Source: a virus
Lineage: Duplodnaviria; Heunggongvirae; Uroviricota; Caudoviricetes
Direction: 5' to 3' (one strand)
DNA length: 40,994 bases
IMG/VR virus record: IMGVR_UViG_2617270943_000004
Span: 1-40,994 of that record
Shown: positions 1 through 8,333 of the stretch, one piece after another
Position numbering within the stretch: the first letter of the stretch is position 1
How the letters are laid out: every line of letters starts with the position of its first letter
The notes under the pieces: generated by a model
The model's input: only the letters and a program-made list of their open reading frames with translations
What the model was told of the DNA's origin: nothing
The model's database searches: none
Position numbers and translations under genes: made by a program

Positions 1-933
1 ATGGACAACGACAAAATTGATCAACACAGCGACGAAATTGAAGTTGAGAGCGAAGAAAAAGAACGCGGCAAAAAAATAGAAATAGATGAAGACCGACTCC
101 CCTCCCGGGCGATGGCAATTCATGAACATATCCGCCAGGATGGTGAAAAAGAGCTGGAACGCGACGCAATGGCGCTACTGTGGTCAGCCATTGCGGCGGG
201 TCTGTCGATGGGCGCTTCACTACTGGCAAAAGGGATATTTCATGTCGAACTGGAAGGCGTGCCGGGCAGTTTCTTGCTGGAGAATCTCGGTTATACCTTT
301 GGCTTTATTATCGTCATTATGGCCCGCCAACAATTATTTACCGAAAACACCGTGACTGCAGTACTACCCGTCATGCAAAAACCGACAATGAGTAACGTCG
401 GCTTACTTATGCGGTTATGGGGCGTCGTGCTGCTGGGTAATATTCTCGGGACAGGTATTGCGGCGTGGGCATTTGAATATATGCCTATCTTTAATGAAGA
501 AACTCGCGATGCATTTGTAAAAATCGGCATGGATGTGATGAAGAACACCCCCAGTGAGATGTTTGCCAACGCGATCATTTCCGGCTGGCTGATCGCCACT
601 ATGGTATGGATGTTTCCTGCAGCGGGTGCGGCAAAGATTGTAGTGATTATATTAATGACCTGGCTTATCGCCCTCGGAGACACCACCCACATCGTTGTCG
701 GTTCTGTAGAAATCCTCTATCTGGTATTTAACGGCACGCTGCACTGGAGCGATTTCATCTGGCCCTTCGCGCTGCCTACTCTGGCAGGAAACATCTGCGG
801 CGGCACCTTTATCTTCGCGTTAATGAGTCATGCACAGATCCGTAACGACATGAGCAACAAGCGCAAAGCAGAAGCACGACAAAAAGCAGAACGTGCGGAA
901 AACATTAAGAAAAATGATAAAAACCCGGCATAA
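1..933 (+). CDS. yfdC: Inner membrane protein, formate/nitrite transporter-family-like (host gene)
   Basis: Complete 310-aa ORF starting at base 1; hydrophobic multi-helix composition; recalled as the gene immediately upstream of argW in E. coli. Not verified by search. Confidence 0.55.
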   Translation: MDNDKIDQHSDEIEVESEEKERGKKIEIDEDRLPSRAMAIHEHIRQDGEKELERDAMALLWSAIAAGLSMGASLLAKGIFHVELEGVPGSFLLENLGYTFGFIIVIMARQQLFTENTVTAVLPVMQKPTMSNVGLLMRLWGVVLLGNILGTGIAAWAFEYMPIFNEETRDAFVKIGMDVMKNTPSEMFANAIISGWLIATMVWMFPAAGAAKIVVIILMTWLIALGDTTHIVVGSVEILYLVFNGTLHWSDFIWPFALPTLAGNICGGTFIFALMSHAQIRNDMSNKRKAEARQKAERAENIKKNDKNPA

Positions 934-1008
934 ATGGCGAGGGTTTAAGCAATCGAGCGGCAGTGTACTTACCCCGCTGAGCATTAGCGGGTATACTCAT
1001 GCCGCATT

Positions 1009-1083
1009 GTCCTCTTAGTTAAATGGATATAACGAGCCCCTCCTAAGGGCTAATTGCAGGTTCGATTCCTGCAGGGGACACCA
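1009..1083 (+). tRNA. argW: tRNA-Arg (anticodon CCU)
   Basis: 75-nt cloverleaf read by hand: acceptor GTCCTCT/AGGGGAC, D stem GTTA/TAAC, anticodon stem AGCCC/GGGCT with loop CTCCTAA (anticodon CCT), T arm GCAGG-TTCGATT-CCTGC, encoded CCA. Confidence 0.85.
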
Positions 1084-1089
1084 TTTATC
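1069..1089. repeat. attL core: 21-bp direct repeat covering the last 15 nt of tRNA-Arg plus 6 nt downstream
   Basis: CTGCAGGGGACACCATTTATC is identical at 1069-1089 and 39297-39317. Confidence 0.75.
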
Positions 1090-1244
1090 AGTTCGCTCCC
1101 ATCCGCACCAGTCCGCAAAATCCCCTGAATATCAAGCCTTCCGTAGATTCACAGTTCGTCATGGTTCGCTTCAGATCGTTGACAGCCGCACTCCATGACG
1201 GGTAAAAAGTGGATAAAATAATTTTACCCACCGGATTTTTACCC

Positions 1245-2402
1245 ATGCTCACCGTTAAGCAGATTGAAGCAGCAAAGCCGAAAGAAAAACCATATCGCCT
1301 ACTCGATGGTAATGGCCTGTATCTTTATGTCCCTGTATCAGGGAAAAAGGTATGGCAGCTTCGCTACAAGATTGACGGTAAGGAGAAAATCCTGACCGTC
1401 GGAAAATATCCGCTTATGACTTTGCAAGAGGCAAGGGATAAAGCATGGACTGCGAGGAAAGACATCTCGGTTGGCATCGATCCGGTAAAGGCGAAAAAGG
1501 CTTCGTCTAACAACAATTCCTTTAGCTCCATTTACAAGGAATGGTACGAGCACAAGAAGCAAGTCTGGTCAGTAGGCTATGCAAATGAACTTGCAAAAAT
1601 GTTTGATGACGACATTTTACCCATCATCGGCGGTCTTGAGATTCAGGATATTGAGCCGATGCAACTGCTGGAAGTAATCCGCAGATTTGAAGATCGCGGT
1701 GCAATGGAGCGAGCAAATAAAGCCCGCAGAAGATGCGGCGAGGTTTTCCGTTACGCTATTGTCACTGGTAGGGCTAAATATAACCCGGCACCTGACCTTG
1801 CTGACGCCATGAAGGGATACCGCAAGAAGAACTTCCCGTTTCTGCCTGCAGACCAGATCCCGGCATTCAATAAAGCACTGGCAACATTTTCAGGAAGTAT
1901 CGTATCGCTCATTGCCACCAAGGTTTTACGCTACACAGCCCTAAGAACGAAAGAGCTTCGTTCCATGCAATGGAAGAACGTCGATTTTGAAAACAGGATT
2001 ATCACCATCGACGCCAATGTGATGAAGGGCCGCAAAATTCATGTGGTTCCTATGTCAGACCAGGTGGTTGAACTTCTCACTACGCTAAGCTCAATCACCA
2101 AACCAGTATCAGAGTTTGTTTTTGCCGGTCGCAACGATAAGAAGAAGCCAATCTGCGAGAACGCGGTGCTGCTTGTGATCAAACAAATCGGCTATGAGGG
2201 TCTGGAAAGCGGTCACGGATTCAGGCATGAATTCAGCACGATTATGAACGAGCACGAATGGCCTGCTGATGCTATTGAAGTGCAACTGGCACATGCCAAC
2301 GGCGGATCTGTGCGCGGTATTTACAACCATGCGCAGTATCTCGATAAGCGCAGGGAGATGATGCAGTGGTGGGCAGACTGGCTTGATGGGAAGGTTGATT
2401 AA
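1245..2402 (+). CDS. intS: Tyrosine integrase, P4-type, argW-specific (IntS-like)
   Basis: 385 aa from ATG 1245 (the ORF-track start at 1209 is an upstream GTG); directly downstream of tRNA-Arg; C-terminal region has recombinase-like HxxR and Y residues; recalled match to IntS of the KplE1/CPS-53 element. Confidence 0.8.
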   Translation: MLTVKQIEAAKPKEKPYRLLDGNGLYLYVPVSGKKVWQLRYKIDGKEKILTVGKYPLMTLQEARDKAWTARKDISVGIDPVKAKKASSNNNSFSSIYKEWYEHKKQVWSVGYANELAKMFDDDILPIIGGLEIQDIEPMQLLEVIRRFEDRGAMERANKARRRCGEVFRYAIVTGRAKYNPAPDLADAMKGYRKKNFPFLPADQIPAFNKALATFSGSIVSLIATKVLRYTALRTKELRSMQWKNVDFENRIITIDANVMKGRKIHVVPMSDQVVELLTTLSSITKPVSEFVFAGRNDKKKPICENAVLLVIKQIGYEGLESGHGFRHEFSTIMNEHEWPADAIEVQLAHANGGSVRGIYNHAQYLDKRREMMQWWADWLDGKVD

Positions 2403-2530
2403 AGAACAATAACAGCGCGTTGATATAACCTTTTTTAATAAACATAAAAACCAACAAACCATCTTTAATTAACAATCTGATTACTAAAGATTCTTATTTG
2501 AATGAGCCATCCTTGGCGATTTATATTATA

Positions 2531-4987
2531 TCAGGGAATTATCATATTCCCTGTTGTTACTATATATGGAGTATTTTCTGGCTCGTTGACTCTACTAACG
2601 CCACGCTCTACGTTTCCAGTGTGATTTAAGTAACTGCCACCTGATGTAATAGATTTCTGAAACTCTATTTTCCCACCTTGAAACGTATTCCCTGTAGAGT
2701 TTACTCTGAATGCTCCTGAAGCATTATTTATTTTGAATGCGCATGTTTCTCCGCTCAATATACATTGATTATTTTTATATGACATTGTTATTGGTCCACT
2801 TCCTGCCTCATCTTTATTTAAAGTAAAATGACTATTAAGCCCTGACGCTCCTGTTCCAGACTGTGAAACGTCATGTATTTTTACGATTTGCTCTGATGGG
2901 CCTTGAAAAATAAAACCAGTATTAGATAATGATCCGGACAGCATGCTAAACCGCGTTGCAGCAACAACATTCTCAAGACTTGAACCTGATCCTGAAACAT
3001 CACAATTAATTAGTTCAATCCAACTACCACCATAATATGAACCGTTTGAATTCCTGATATATGTCGATTCAATTTTCACCCTTTGGTTAAGAGAATCAGG
3101 CAGAGCATTCTCTGCTTGCTTGTTTAACACAATGTCACAGCCGAATATTTTTGCCCCACGCCCATAAACATTAGAGCTTTGGGTAAATCTAAGCCCTCTA
3201 TCGGCATCAGTTGAGTTTTCTCCAATAGTAACATCAATCAATGTGACGGCATCATTGTTTAATCTTGCACCTTTTGTAAATATTGCATGCAATATGTTAA
3301 GGTTGGTAACTTTTGAAGTTGCAATTAAATAATCTCCGAAATGATGGGTTACAGTTATATTATCTGCTGACTCACCATAATATTCACCACTGTTTGCAAT
3401 GCTTAAAAGACCATAATTATTATCAAATCGCAAATTGTGCTCAAACATACCGTGCGTTGTAAATGCACCATTTCTTGTTCCTGTTTCTCCGCAATCTCTT
3501 ACAGAGCAATAACTTGCACCACTAAAATCAACTACGTGCCTTCCTGAAATATTGCGTAATCTTCTTGCGTGGCATTCATATGCGTTATTGAATTGAACAA
3601 CATGATCGGACCCTGGAACTCTTGGGAAATTTGTTTCCGTATCATGAACAAAAACATTCCTGACCATGGCAGTTACAACCATTGGGTAAGGGTGATTAAA
3701 TCCATACCCGAGACAAATGTCAGCGTTATTTACGTATTCAAGGGACACAAGTGCGCATGATTGTTGACTGGCAAATGCATCGCCACCACCTGAAGCATCT
3801 GTTATGTTTTGATTCCATTTTACGCCTTTAAAAGCAATTCTTACATTTTCTATTGGGGTTACATTTCTATATGTCAATACCCTTCCGACATCAAGATGCC
3901 AGCCTGTTTTATAATCAACTCGCAATTGAGTTATTGCTCCACCACTGCCCTGCACTTGTGTCATTACATTTATTTCTCTACCTACGGTTCCCCCGCCAAC
4001 ATCCGATGACATAATAACCCACTGTCTATTCTCAAAAAGAGAGTTGTTCGTACACCAATATGTTGTATCTCCTTTTGATATTTTATTTGTTAGAGTAAAA
4101 GAGTCTATTATATCTCCAGCAGTGCCGCGAAATGCTAGAATGCCAGGAAAACGATAGTTACTTGGATTTGTAGATCCACTTCTATCAGGAATATGTCCTT
4201 CCGGAGCATTCCATATTATCTCCGTATCAGGCATATCAATTGCCAGGTCGCCGCGTGTAATTACAATATTGTTTGTTAGTATCAACTCTTTTATATTTGT
4301 TGTGATTTTTTTTGCTGGTGAGTTAATTGCTTTATGAAATGCTTCGGTGTTGTCAGCGCCATCTTTAGCTCCGAAATCCTCAAGCATAACATTATATATA
4401 TCATCTGATTTCCATACATTTCCTTCTGATGTGAAAATTATCGTTCCTCCGTTATCTGTCAATCCATCAGGATTAACACTACGGAAAAACCTTCCACCTC
4501 CTGAATAGCTGTCAGAGTAATATCCCCTCAGTCTTATAACCTGTCCATCATAACTTGGTTCAATTGTTCTCAATGTAGATATATCTTTGCATTCTCCTAT
4601 ATACTTATAGCCATCATCACTTTTCAGCAAATATGAAAACTGATCTGGATCGTACTTCAGCACATTAGGGAAATAGAACTGCTGTGATCCATATGCATCG
4701 TACACAGCCATAGAATGGCCTTGCACGGTTACGAATTTGGCAATCTGTCCGTTATATACAGGATAACCAGCAGCGTTAATGATGATTGGTTGCGAAACAG
4801 GAACGTGAGAGCCGTCTTCGTTTTCCACATAAACCTGAATCTGGTTTTCAGGATTTACAGGGTCAGTGTCAATTTTACCGATATAAATTTTGCCATTGGC
4901 ATTTGCTTTAAACGAGCGAGCTAAAGTAAATAACTGACTTGGTTGTGAAACAACAACGTTGTATAATTGTTCTGGCATAATAAACAT
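2531..4987 (-). CDS. Tailspike protein with P22-type N-terminal head-binding domain and a long divergent receptor-binding domain
   Basis: 818 aa; the first ~110 aa (NVVVSQP...[19 protein letters not shown]...INAAG...[13 protein letters not shown]...VLKYDPDQ) follow the recalled P22 gp9 head-binding domain; the remainder is G/S/N/T-rich, consistent with a beta-helix. Confidence 0.85.
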   Translation of the reverse strand: MFIMPEQLYNVVVSQPSQLFTLARSFKANANGKIYIGKIDTDPVNPENQIQVYVENEDGSHVPVSQPIIINAAGYPVYNGQIAKFVTVQGHSMAVYDAYGSQQFYFPNVLKYDPDQFSYLLKSDDGYKYIGECKDISTLRTIEPSYDGQVIRLRGYYSDSYSGGGRFFRSVNPDGLTDNGGTIIFTSEGNVWKSDDIYNVMLEDFGAKDGADNTEAFHKAINSPAKKITTNIKELILTNNIVITRGDLAIDMPDTEIIWNAPEGHIPDRSGSTNPSNYRFPGILAFRGTAGDIIDSFTLTNKISKGDTTYWCTNNSLFENRQWVIMSSDVGGGTVGREINVMTQVQGSGGAITQLRVDYKTGWHLDVGRVLTYRNVTPIENVRIAFKGVKWNQNITDASGGGDAFASQQSCALVSLEYVNNADICLGYGFNHPYPMVVTAMVRNVFVHDTETNFPRVPGSDHVVQFNNAYECHARRLRNISGRHVVDFSGASYCSVRDCGETGTRNGAFTTHGMFEHNLRFDNNYGLLSIANSGEYYGESADNITVTHHFGDYLIATSKVTNLNILHAIFTKGARLNNDAVTLIDVTIGENSTDADRGLRFTQSSNVYGRGAKIFGCDIVLNKQAENALPDSLNQRVKIESTYIRNSNGSYYGGSWIELINCDVSGSGSSLENVVAATRFSMLSGSLSNTGFIFQGPSEQIVKIHDVSQSGTGASGLNSHFTLNKDEAGSGPITMSYKNNQCILSGETCAFKINNASGAFRVNSTGNTFQGGKIEFQKSITSGGSYLNHTGNVERGVSRVNEPENTPYIVTTGNMIIP

Positions 4988-5000
4988 TCCGGAGAAAATA

Positions 5001-5501
5001 ATGAGTAAGAGACGTCACGAGGTAGTAACTCGGGAGCGCCTTATGGAGGTTCTCGATTACAATAAAGAAACAGGAATTTTCACTTGGAAAAAGAAATTAA
5101 GCGCCAGAGGTGCTGTTGGGAAAGTTGCTGGCACAATTTCTTATGGATATAACGCAATTAATATTGATGGCGTAAGATATTTTGCACATAGACTTGCCTG
5201 GCTGTATGTATATGGCGAATGGCCCAAACAAGAGATTGACCACATTGATAGAAATAGAAGAAATAACGCAATCTCAAACCTTAGGGATGTCAGCAGAGTC
5301 GTAAACGCATTAAATGTCGGACCTCGAAATAGCAATGCTGGAATCAAGGGGGTAACTTTCTGTCAAGCCAGAAATCAATGGCAAGCTCAGATAAATGTCT
5401 CAGGTAAAAACATAACCCTTGGGAGATTCAACACCATTGATGAAGCGGCTATAGCTTATAAGGCAGCAAACATGGTTGCTGACCATCTGTTGAGTAGGTA
5501 A
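5001..5501 (+). CDS. HNH endonuclease with AP2-like DNA-binding domain (free-standing homing-endonuclease-like)
   Basis: 166 aa; GGAG 7 nt upstream of ATG 5001; HNH-like motif [13 protein letters not shown]-terminal GIKGVTF...W.A.I...GK...[15 protein letters not shown] resembles an AP2 domain; paralogous to the ORF at 26109-26675. Confidence 0.65.
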   Translation: MSKRRHEVVTRERLMEVLDYNKETGIFTWKKKLSARGAVGKVAGTISYGYNAINIDGVRYFAHRLAWLYVYGEWPKQEIDHIDRNRRNNAISNLRDVSRVVNALNVGPRNSNAGIKGVTFCQARNQWQAQINVSGKNITLGRFNTIDEAAIAYKAANMVADHLLSR

Positions 5502-5569
5502 TGTCTGTCATTTAATTTGCTCCAGATAAAAGGAATCGCCGCAGCATAGCTACGGTGAGTTTTGGGCAT

Positions 5570-5600
5570 AAAAAACCCAGACTAAGCTGGGTTGATTTTT
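5570..5600. terminator. Bidirectional intrinsic terminator
   Basis: Hairpin AACCCAG-ACTAAG-CTGGGTT (5574-5593) with an A-run upstream and T-run downstream, so it reads as a terminator on both strands; sits between the convergent HNH gene and the antirepressor-like gene. Confidence 0.5.
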
Positions 5601-5614
5601 ATGAAAAGATTAAA

Positions 5615-6340
5615 TTAGGCTGCGGTAGAAACATTAATTAGATTTCTCAATACTTCAACTCCTTTTAAGTTGTAGCGAAACGCCTCTACCTGTTTGCTGG
5701 AATGCGCCGATTTATCCAGGAAGAACTTCCCGTACTGCTCAGTTTTGAGGTTGTTTGCGTTAGCAATGCGACCAATCTTGTTGGCCGTTACTCCAAGCTG
5801 CTCTGCAACCTCCCCTGCTGAGTAGTAATGCTCTTCTATTGCCGGAAGAGGTATTGCATTAAAACCAACAAGCGGGTTGATTATAGTTGCTGCCGCTGTC
5901 TGCTTTGCCTCCGGCGCAAGATTTGGCATCAGATCGAACAGATTGGTAACAGCTTCAACCGTCATTTTCAGTGTTCGCGCTTGACGATACTCAACAAGTC
6001 CACTCGCTGATTTACCGCTTTTAATGTGTGCTTCCTGCATACTTTCAAGTTTGTCTACAAGTGTTCGGCGAACTGCTTTAGATTCGCGAGCAGCAACACG
6101 AAGCGCCTGCTTGATAGTCATGGAGATAACATCAATGTCAGCCCCGTTTTTCCGACCTACACTTTTTGTGTAGGTCTCGCCCTCCAATTCATCCTCAATT
6201 TTCTCGATGAATTTGTTGTTACGTACAGATGGCTCTCCACATAACTTGCGAGCTTCATTAACCATCATCAGAAGACTTTGGCTGTCAATGGTTTTATCCG
6301 TGACAACGGATCCGATGTTTGCTACATTCTTCAAAGTCAT
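5615..6340 (-). CDS. Phage antirepressor-like protein, C-terminal (KilAC/ANT-C-like) type; family tentative
   Basis: ATG at 6340 preceded by AAGGAA; the ORF-track start at 6391 is a GTG inside a terminator hairpin; lies in the immI-like block downstream of arc-like and Bro-N-like genes. Confidence 0.45.
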   Translation of the reverse strand: MTLKNVANIGSVVTDKTIDSQSLLMMVNEARKLCGEPSVRNNKFIEKIEDELEGETYTKSVGRKNGADIDVISMTIKQALRVAARESKAVRRTLVDKLESMQEAHIKSGKSASGLVEYRQARTLKMTVEAVTNLFDLMPNLAPEAKQTAAATIINPLVGFNAIPLPAIEEHYYSAGEVAEQLGVTANKIGRIANANNLKTEQYGKFFLDKSAHSSKQVEAFRYNLKGVEVLRNLINVSTAA

Positions 6341-6409
6341 TAGGCATTCCTTATGTGGTAGTAAGGGTGTGACATAGGCCGCCAGCAGCACACTGGCGGT
6401 TTTCTTTTT
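6335..6409 (+). ncRNA. Predicted sar-like antisense RNA overlapping the start codon and RBS of the antirepressor-like gene
   Basis: Plus-strand promoter-like TGACAA (6301-6306), 16-bp spacer, TACATT (6323-6328), and about 75 nt downstream a plus-strand intrinsic terminator (stem CCGCCAG/CTGGCGG 6379-6399, then TTTTCTTTTT). Nearby genes are on the minus strand, so the transcript would be antisense to the ATG at 6340. Confidence 0.35.
6379..6409 (+). terminator. Intrinsic terminator on the plus strand (3' end of predicted antisense RNA)
   Basis: 7-bp GC-rich stem, 7-nt loop, followed by TTTTCTTTTT. Confidence 0.55.
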
Positions 6410-6428
6410 GCGCAGTCCGGCGCACCAA

Positions 6429-7055
6429 TCAATGAATCCATTCCTCGCCGCGAAGTTTTGCCAGCATTGGCTGAGCGTTCTTTACGACAAAATTGTTGGT
6501 ATCAAGATTCTTCATTTCACGAAGAAGTGATTTCTTGGTTTCTTCTGACATGTAGCGAGTCTCATATGCAATATCGTAAATCCTTCCTGAAAGCTCAGAA
6601 CCAATTTGCTTCATTCCTGGGTAGATGTGTTTGCACATTTGTTGACTCTTCTCCATCCACAATTGTAAGTAGCAGAGATTAACCAGTTCTTCGTCAGTAA
6701 ACTGTTTTGCAATCGGTGAGCATTCTGCCTGCCGATCCAAAATATCCAGCACCCAGCGGCGGAACTCTTTGGCTACCGGAGTGCGAGCAAACATCGCGAT
6801 TAGGTGGGCACCGCGTAGTGAGAAAACTCGCACTTTTTTGCGATAATTTCCTGAGGTACTCACTTCGAGTACCTGAGTCATTCCGGCGCTAAACTCATCG
6901 CTATACTTGTTATAAATCATTGTTACTGCACGACTATTTGCGTATTTAAGTGCAGATGCAATATTAGATGATGTAAACCAAACACCATGCATATCACGGG
7001 TGGGCACCAACTCAACTCCGTGGAAGTTGTAATCTGATTTTGCTACAATATTCAT
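6429..7055 (-). CDS. Phage antirepressor, N-terminal Bro-N/AntA-like domain protein
   Basis: ATG 7055 preceded by AAGGAA; N-terminus MNIVAKSDYNFHGVELVPTRDMHGVWFTSSNIASAL resembles Bro-N/AntA antirepressor N-domains; follows the arc-like gene as ant follows arc in P22 immI. Confidence 0.6.
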   Translation of the reverse strand: MNIVAKSDYNFHGVELVPTRDMHGVWFTSSNIASALKYANSRAVTMIYNKYSDEFSAGMTQVLEVSTSGNYRKKVRVFSLRGAHLIAMFARTPVAKEFRRWVLDILDRQAECSPIAKQFTDEELVNLCYLQLWMEKSQQMCKHIYPGMKQIGSELSGRIYDIAYETRYMSEETKKSLLREMKNLDTNNFVVKNAQPMLAKLRGEEWIH

Positions 7056-7128
7056 GTTAGTTTCCTTGCATACGGTTACTGACATAGAGGCCCGGTTTGT
7101 GTTCGCGCACTGCCGGGCTTCGCTATTT

Positions 7129-7302
7129 TTACTGGGCATTAGCTCTTTCCTCTCTCAGGCTTTTAGCCAGTCGCTGCACAATCGCAGAGTTGATAGAAAT
7201 TCCATCCATTTCAGCAACACGTCTAATCTCCTCCTTCATTCGCGCTGGCAAACGAAGCTGGAAACTTTGACTTTTACGACCTGTGTAAAGCACATCTTTC
7301 AT
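7129..7302 (-). CDS. arc: Arc-like ribbon-helix-helix repressor
   Basis: 57 aa from ATG 7302 with GGGAGG RBS; FQLRLPARMKEEIRRVAEMDGISINSAIVQRLAKS follows the recalled P22 Arc pattern (FNLRWPREVLDLVRKVAEENGRSVNSEIYQRV). Confidence 0.7.
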   Translation of the reverse strand: MKDVLYTGRKSQSFQLRLPARMKEEIRRVAEMDGISINSAIVQRLAKSLREERANAQ

Positions 7303-7323
7303 AAGTAATCCTCCCACAATGAT

Positions 7324-7377
7324 ACCAACTTGGTTCTAGAACCAATTTAACACCATTTATTTTGATGTCAAGTTGGT
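7324..7377. promoter_or_regulatory. Divergent arc/mnt control region with a 16-bp perfect palindrome and a flanking 9-bp inverted repeat pair
   Basis: TTGGTTCTAGAACCAA at 7330-7345; ACCAACTTG (7324-7332) and its reverse complement CAAGTTGGT (7369-7377). Confidence 0.45.
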
Positions 7378-7413
7378 GCTATTGTTTGGCGAACATCTTT
7401 ACGTTGAGGTCAT

Positions 7414-7797
7414 ATGAGCAAGTTCCCTAGTCATGAAATGGATAGGTTCAATATCAGGCTTCCGGCAGGAATGCGGGATGCTATAGCCTTAAGAGCAAAG
7501 GAAAACGGCAGATCAATGAATACAGAACTAGTGTTTATCATTGATGATGCATTGAAGTCTCCGGTGCCTGCTGAGGTTGATAACTCAAGGATTATGAAGA
7601 TTTACTCAAACCTCTCCGAGAACAGGCCATCAAACAAAGAAGAGTTTGAGCGGTGGGAGAATGAGCTAGTCAAAGCAATTTTCTACTTACTAGATAGCAT
7701 AAGTTCTCATTCGCAAATGTATCAAGCTCTCAGGAGCTTAAGGCAAGATGCATATAAAAATGTTTTTGGCGATGATGCTGAAGACATCCAGTTTTGA
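7414..7797 (+). CDS. mnt: Mnt-like ribbon-helix-helix repressor with C-terminal extension
   Basis: 127 aa; GAGGT RBS; N-terminus FNIRLPAGMRDAIALRAKENGRSMNTELVFIIDDALKS follows the recalled P22 Mnt pattern (FNFRMPMEVREKLKFRAEANGRSMNSELLQIVQDALS). Confidence 0.65.
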   Translation: MSKFPSHEMDRFNIRLPAGMRDAIALRAKENGRSMNTELVFIIDDALKSPVPAEVDNSRIMKIYSNLSENRPSNKEEFERWENELVKAIFYLLDSISSHSQMYQALRSLRQDAYKNVFGDDAEDIQF

Positions 7798-7845
7798 AGA
7801 CCATTTCATCTGGTATCCTGCGCAAAACTAAGGAGAGTTAATTAT

Positions 7846-8331
7846 ATGAAAAAATCACTGTTAATTATCCCGCTTCTGCTGGCTGGGTGCGCAAAAGTAA
7901 GCGACCATCAGGCAAGTTGCGAGCAACGCTATCCAAAGCTTAGCGATATGGCTAATTGCCTTGATGCCAGCGTGAAGAACGACTCACGCATGGCATCAGC
8001 ACCAACACCTAAGCTGTATGTCCTTGCTGCGAAAATGCTCGGGCAAGGTGTCGATGAAGGCAAGATAAGTGACGCACAGGCAAGACTTGAGCTTCAGAAT
8101 CTTTATGTTCAATTACAAAGCCAAGAACAAGCACAACAAATAGCACAAAGCCAAGCATTCCAGCAGGCTTTATTGAATTATCAGGCTGTAAACACAATGC
8201 AAGCGATCGAGCAAAAAGCGCGCCAGCCTGTTATAACTCAACCTTACCCAACACGCGTTGACACCTATACAAACTGCAATTCAGGATTTGGAAATACCGT
8301 CACATGCAACAGTAGCAGCAACATTAGATAA
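7846..8331 (+). CDS. Predicted lipoprotein, glutamine-rich (accessory gene in the sieA position)
   Basis: 161 aa; AAGGAGAG RBS; signal peptide MKKSLLIIPLLLAGC with lipobox LAGC; Q-rich central segment; sits between mnt-like and the ejection-protein genes. Confidence 0.6.
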   Translation: MKKSLLIIPLLLAGCAKVSDHQASCEQRYPKLSDMANCLDASVKNDSRMASAPTPKLYVLAAKMLGQGVDEGKISDAQARLELQNLYVQLQSQEQAQQIAQSQAFQQALLNYQAVNTMQAIEQKARQPVITQPYPTRVDTYTNCNSGFGNTVTCNSSSNIR

Positions 8332-8333
8332 AG

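Noticed and set aside
86-692. ORF-track entries 86-355 (+), 180-395 (+) and 291-692 (-) inside the yfdC-like gene
   Set aside because: Alternative-frame or antisense ORFs nested in a long, well-supported coding sequence; no RBS or independent support.
2403-2530. Serotype-conversion (gtr) or O-acetylase genes between integrase and tailspike
   Set aside because: Only 128 bp of AT-rich intergenic sequence separates the convergent integrase and tailspike genes; no such ORFs are present.
4959-5000. ORF-track start of the HNH gene at 4959
   Set aside because: It overlaps the tailspike start codon; the ATG at 5001 has a GGAG RBS and gives an N-terminus parallel to the second HNH paralogue.
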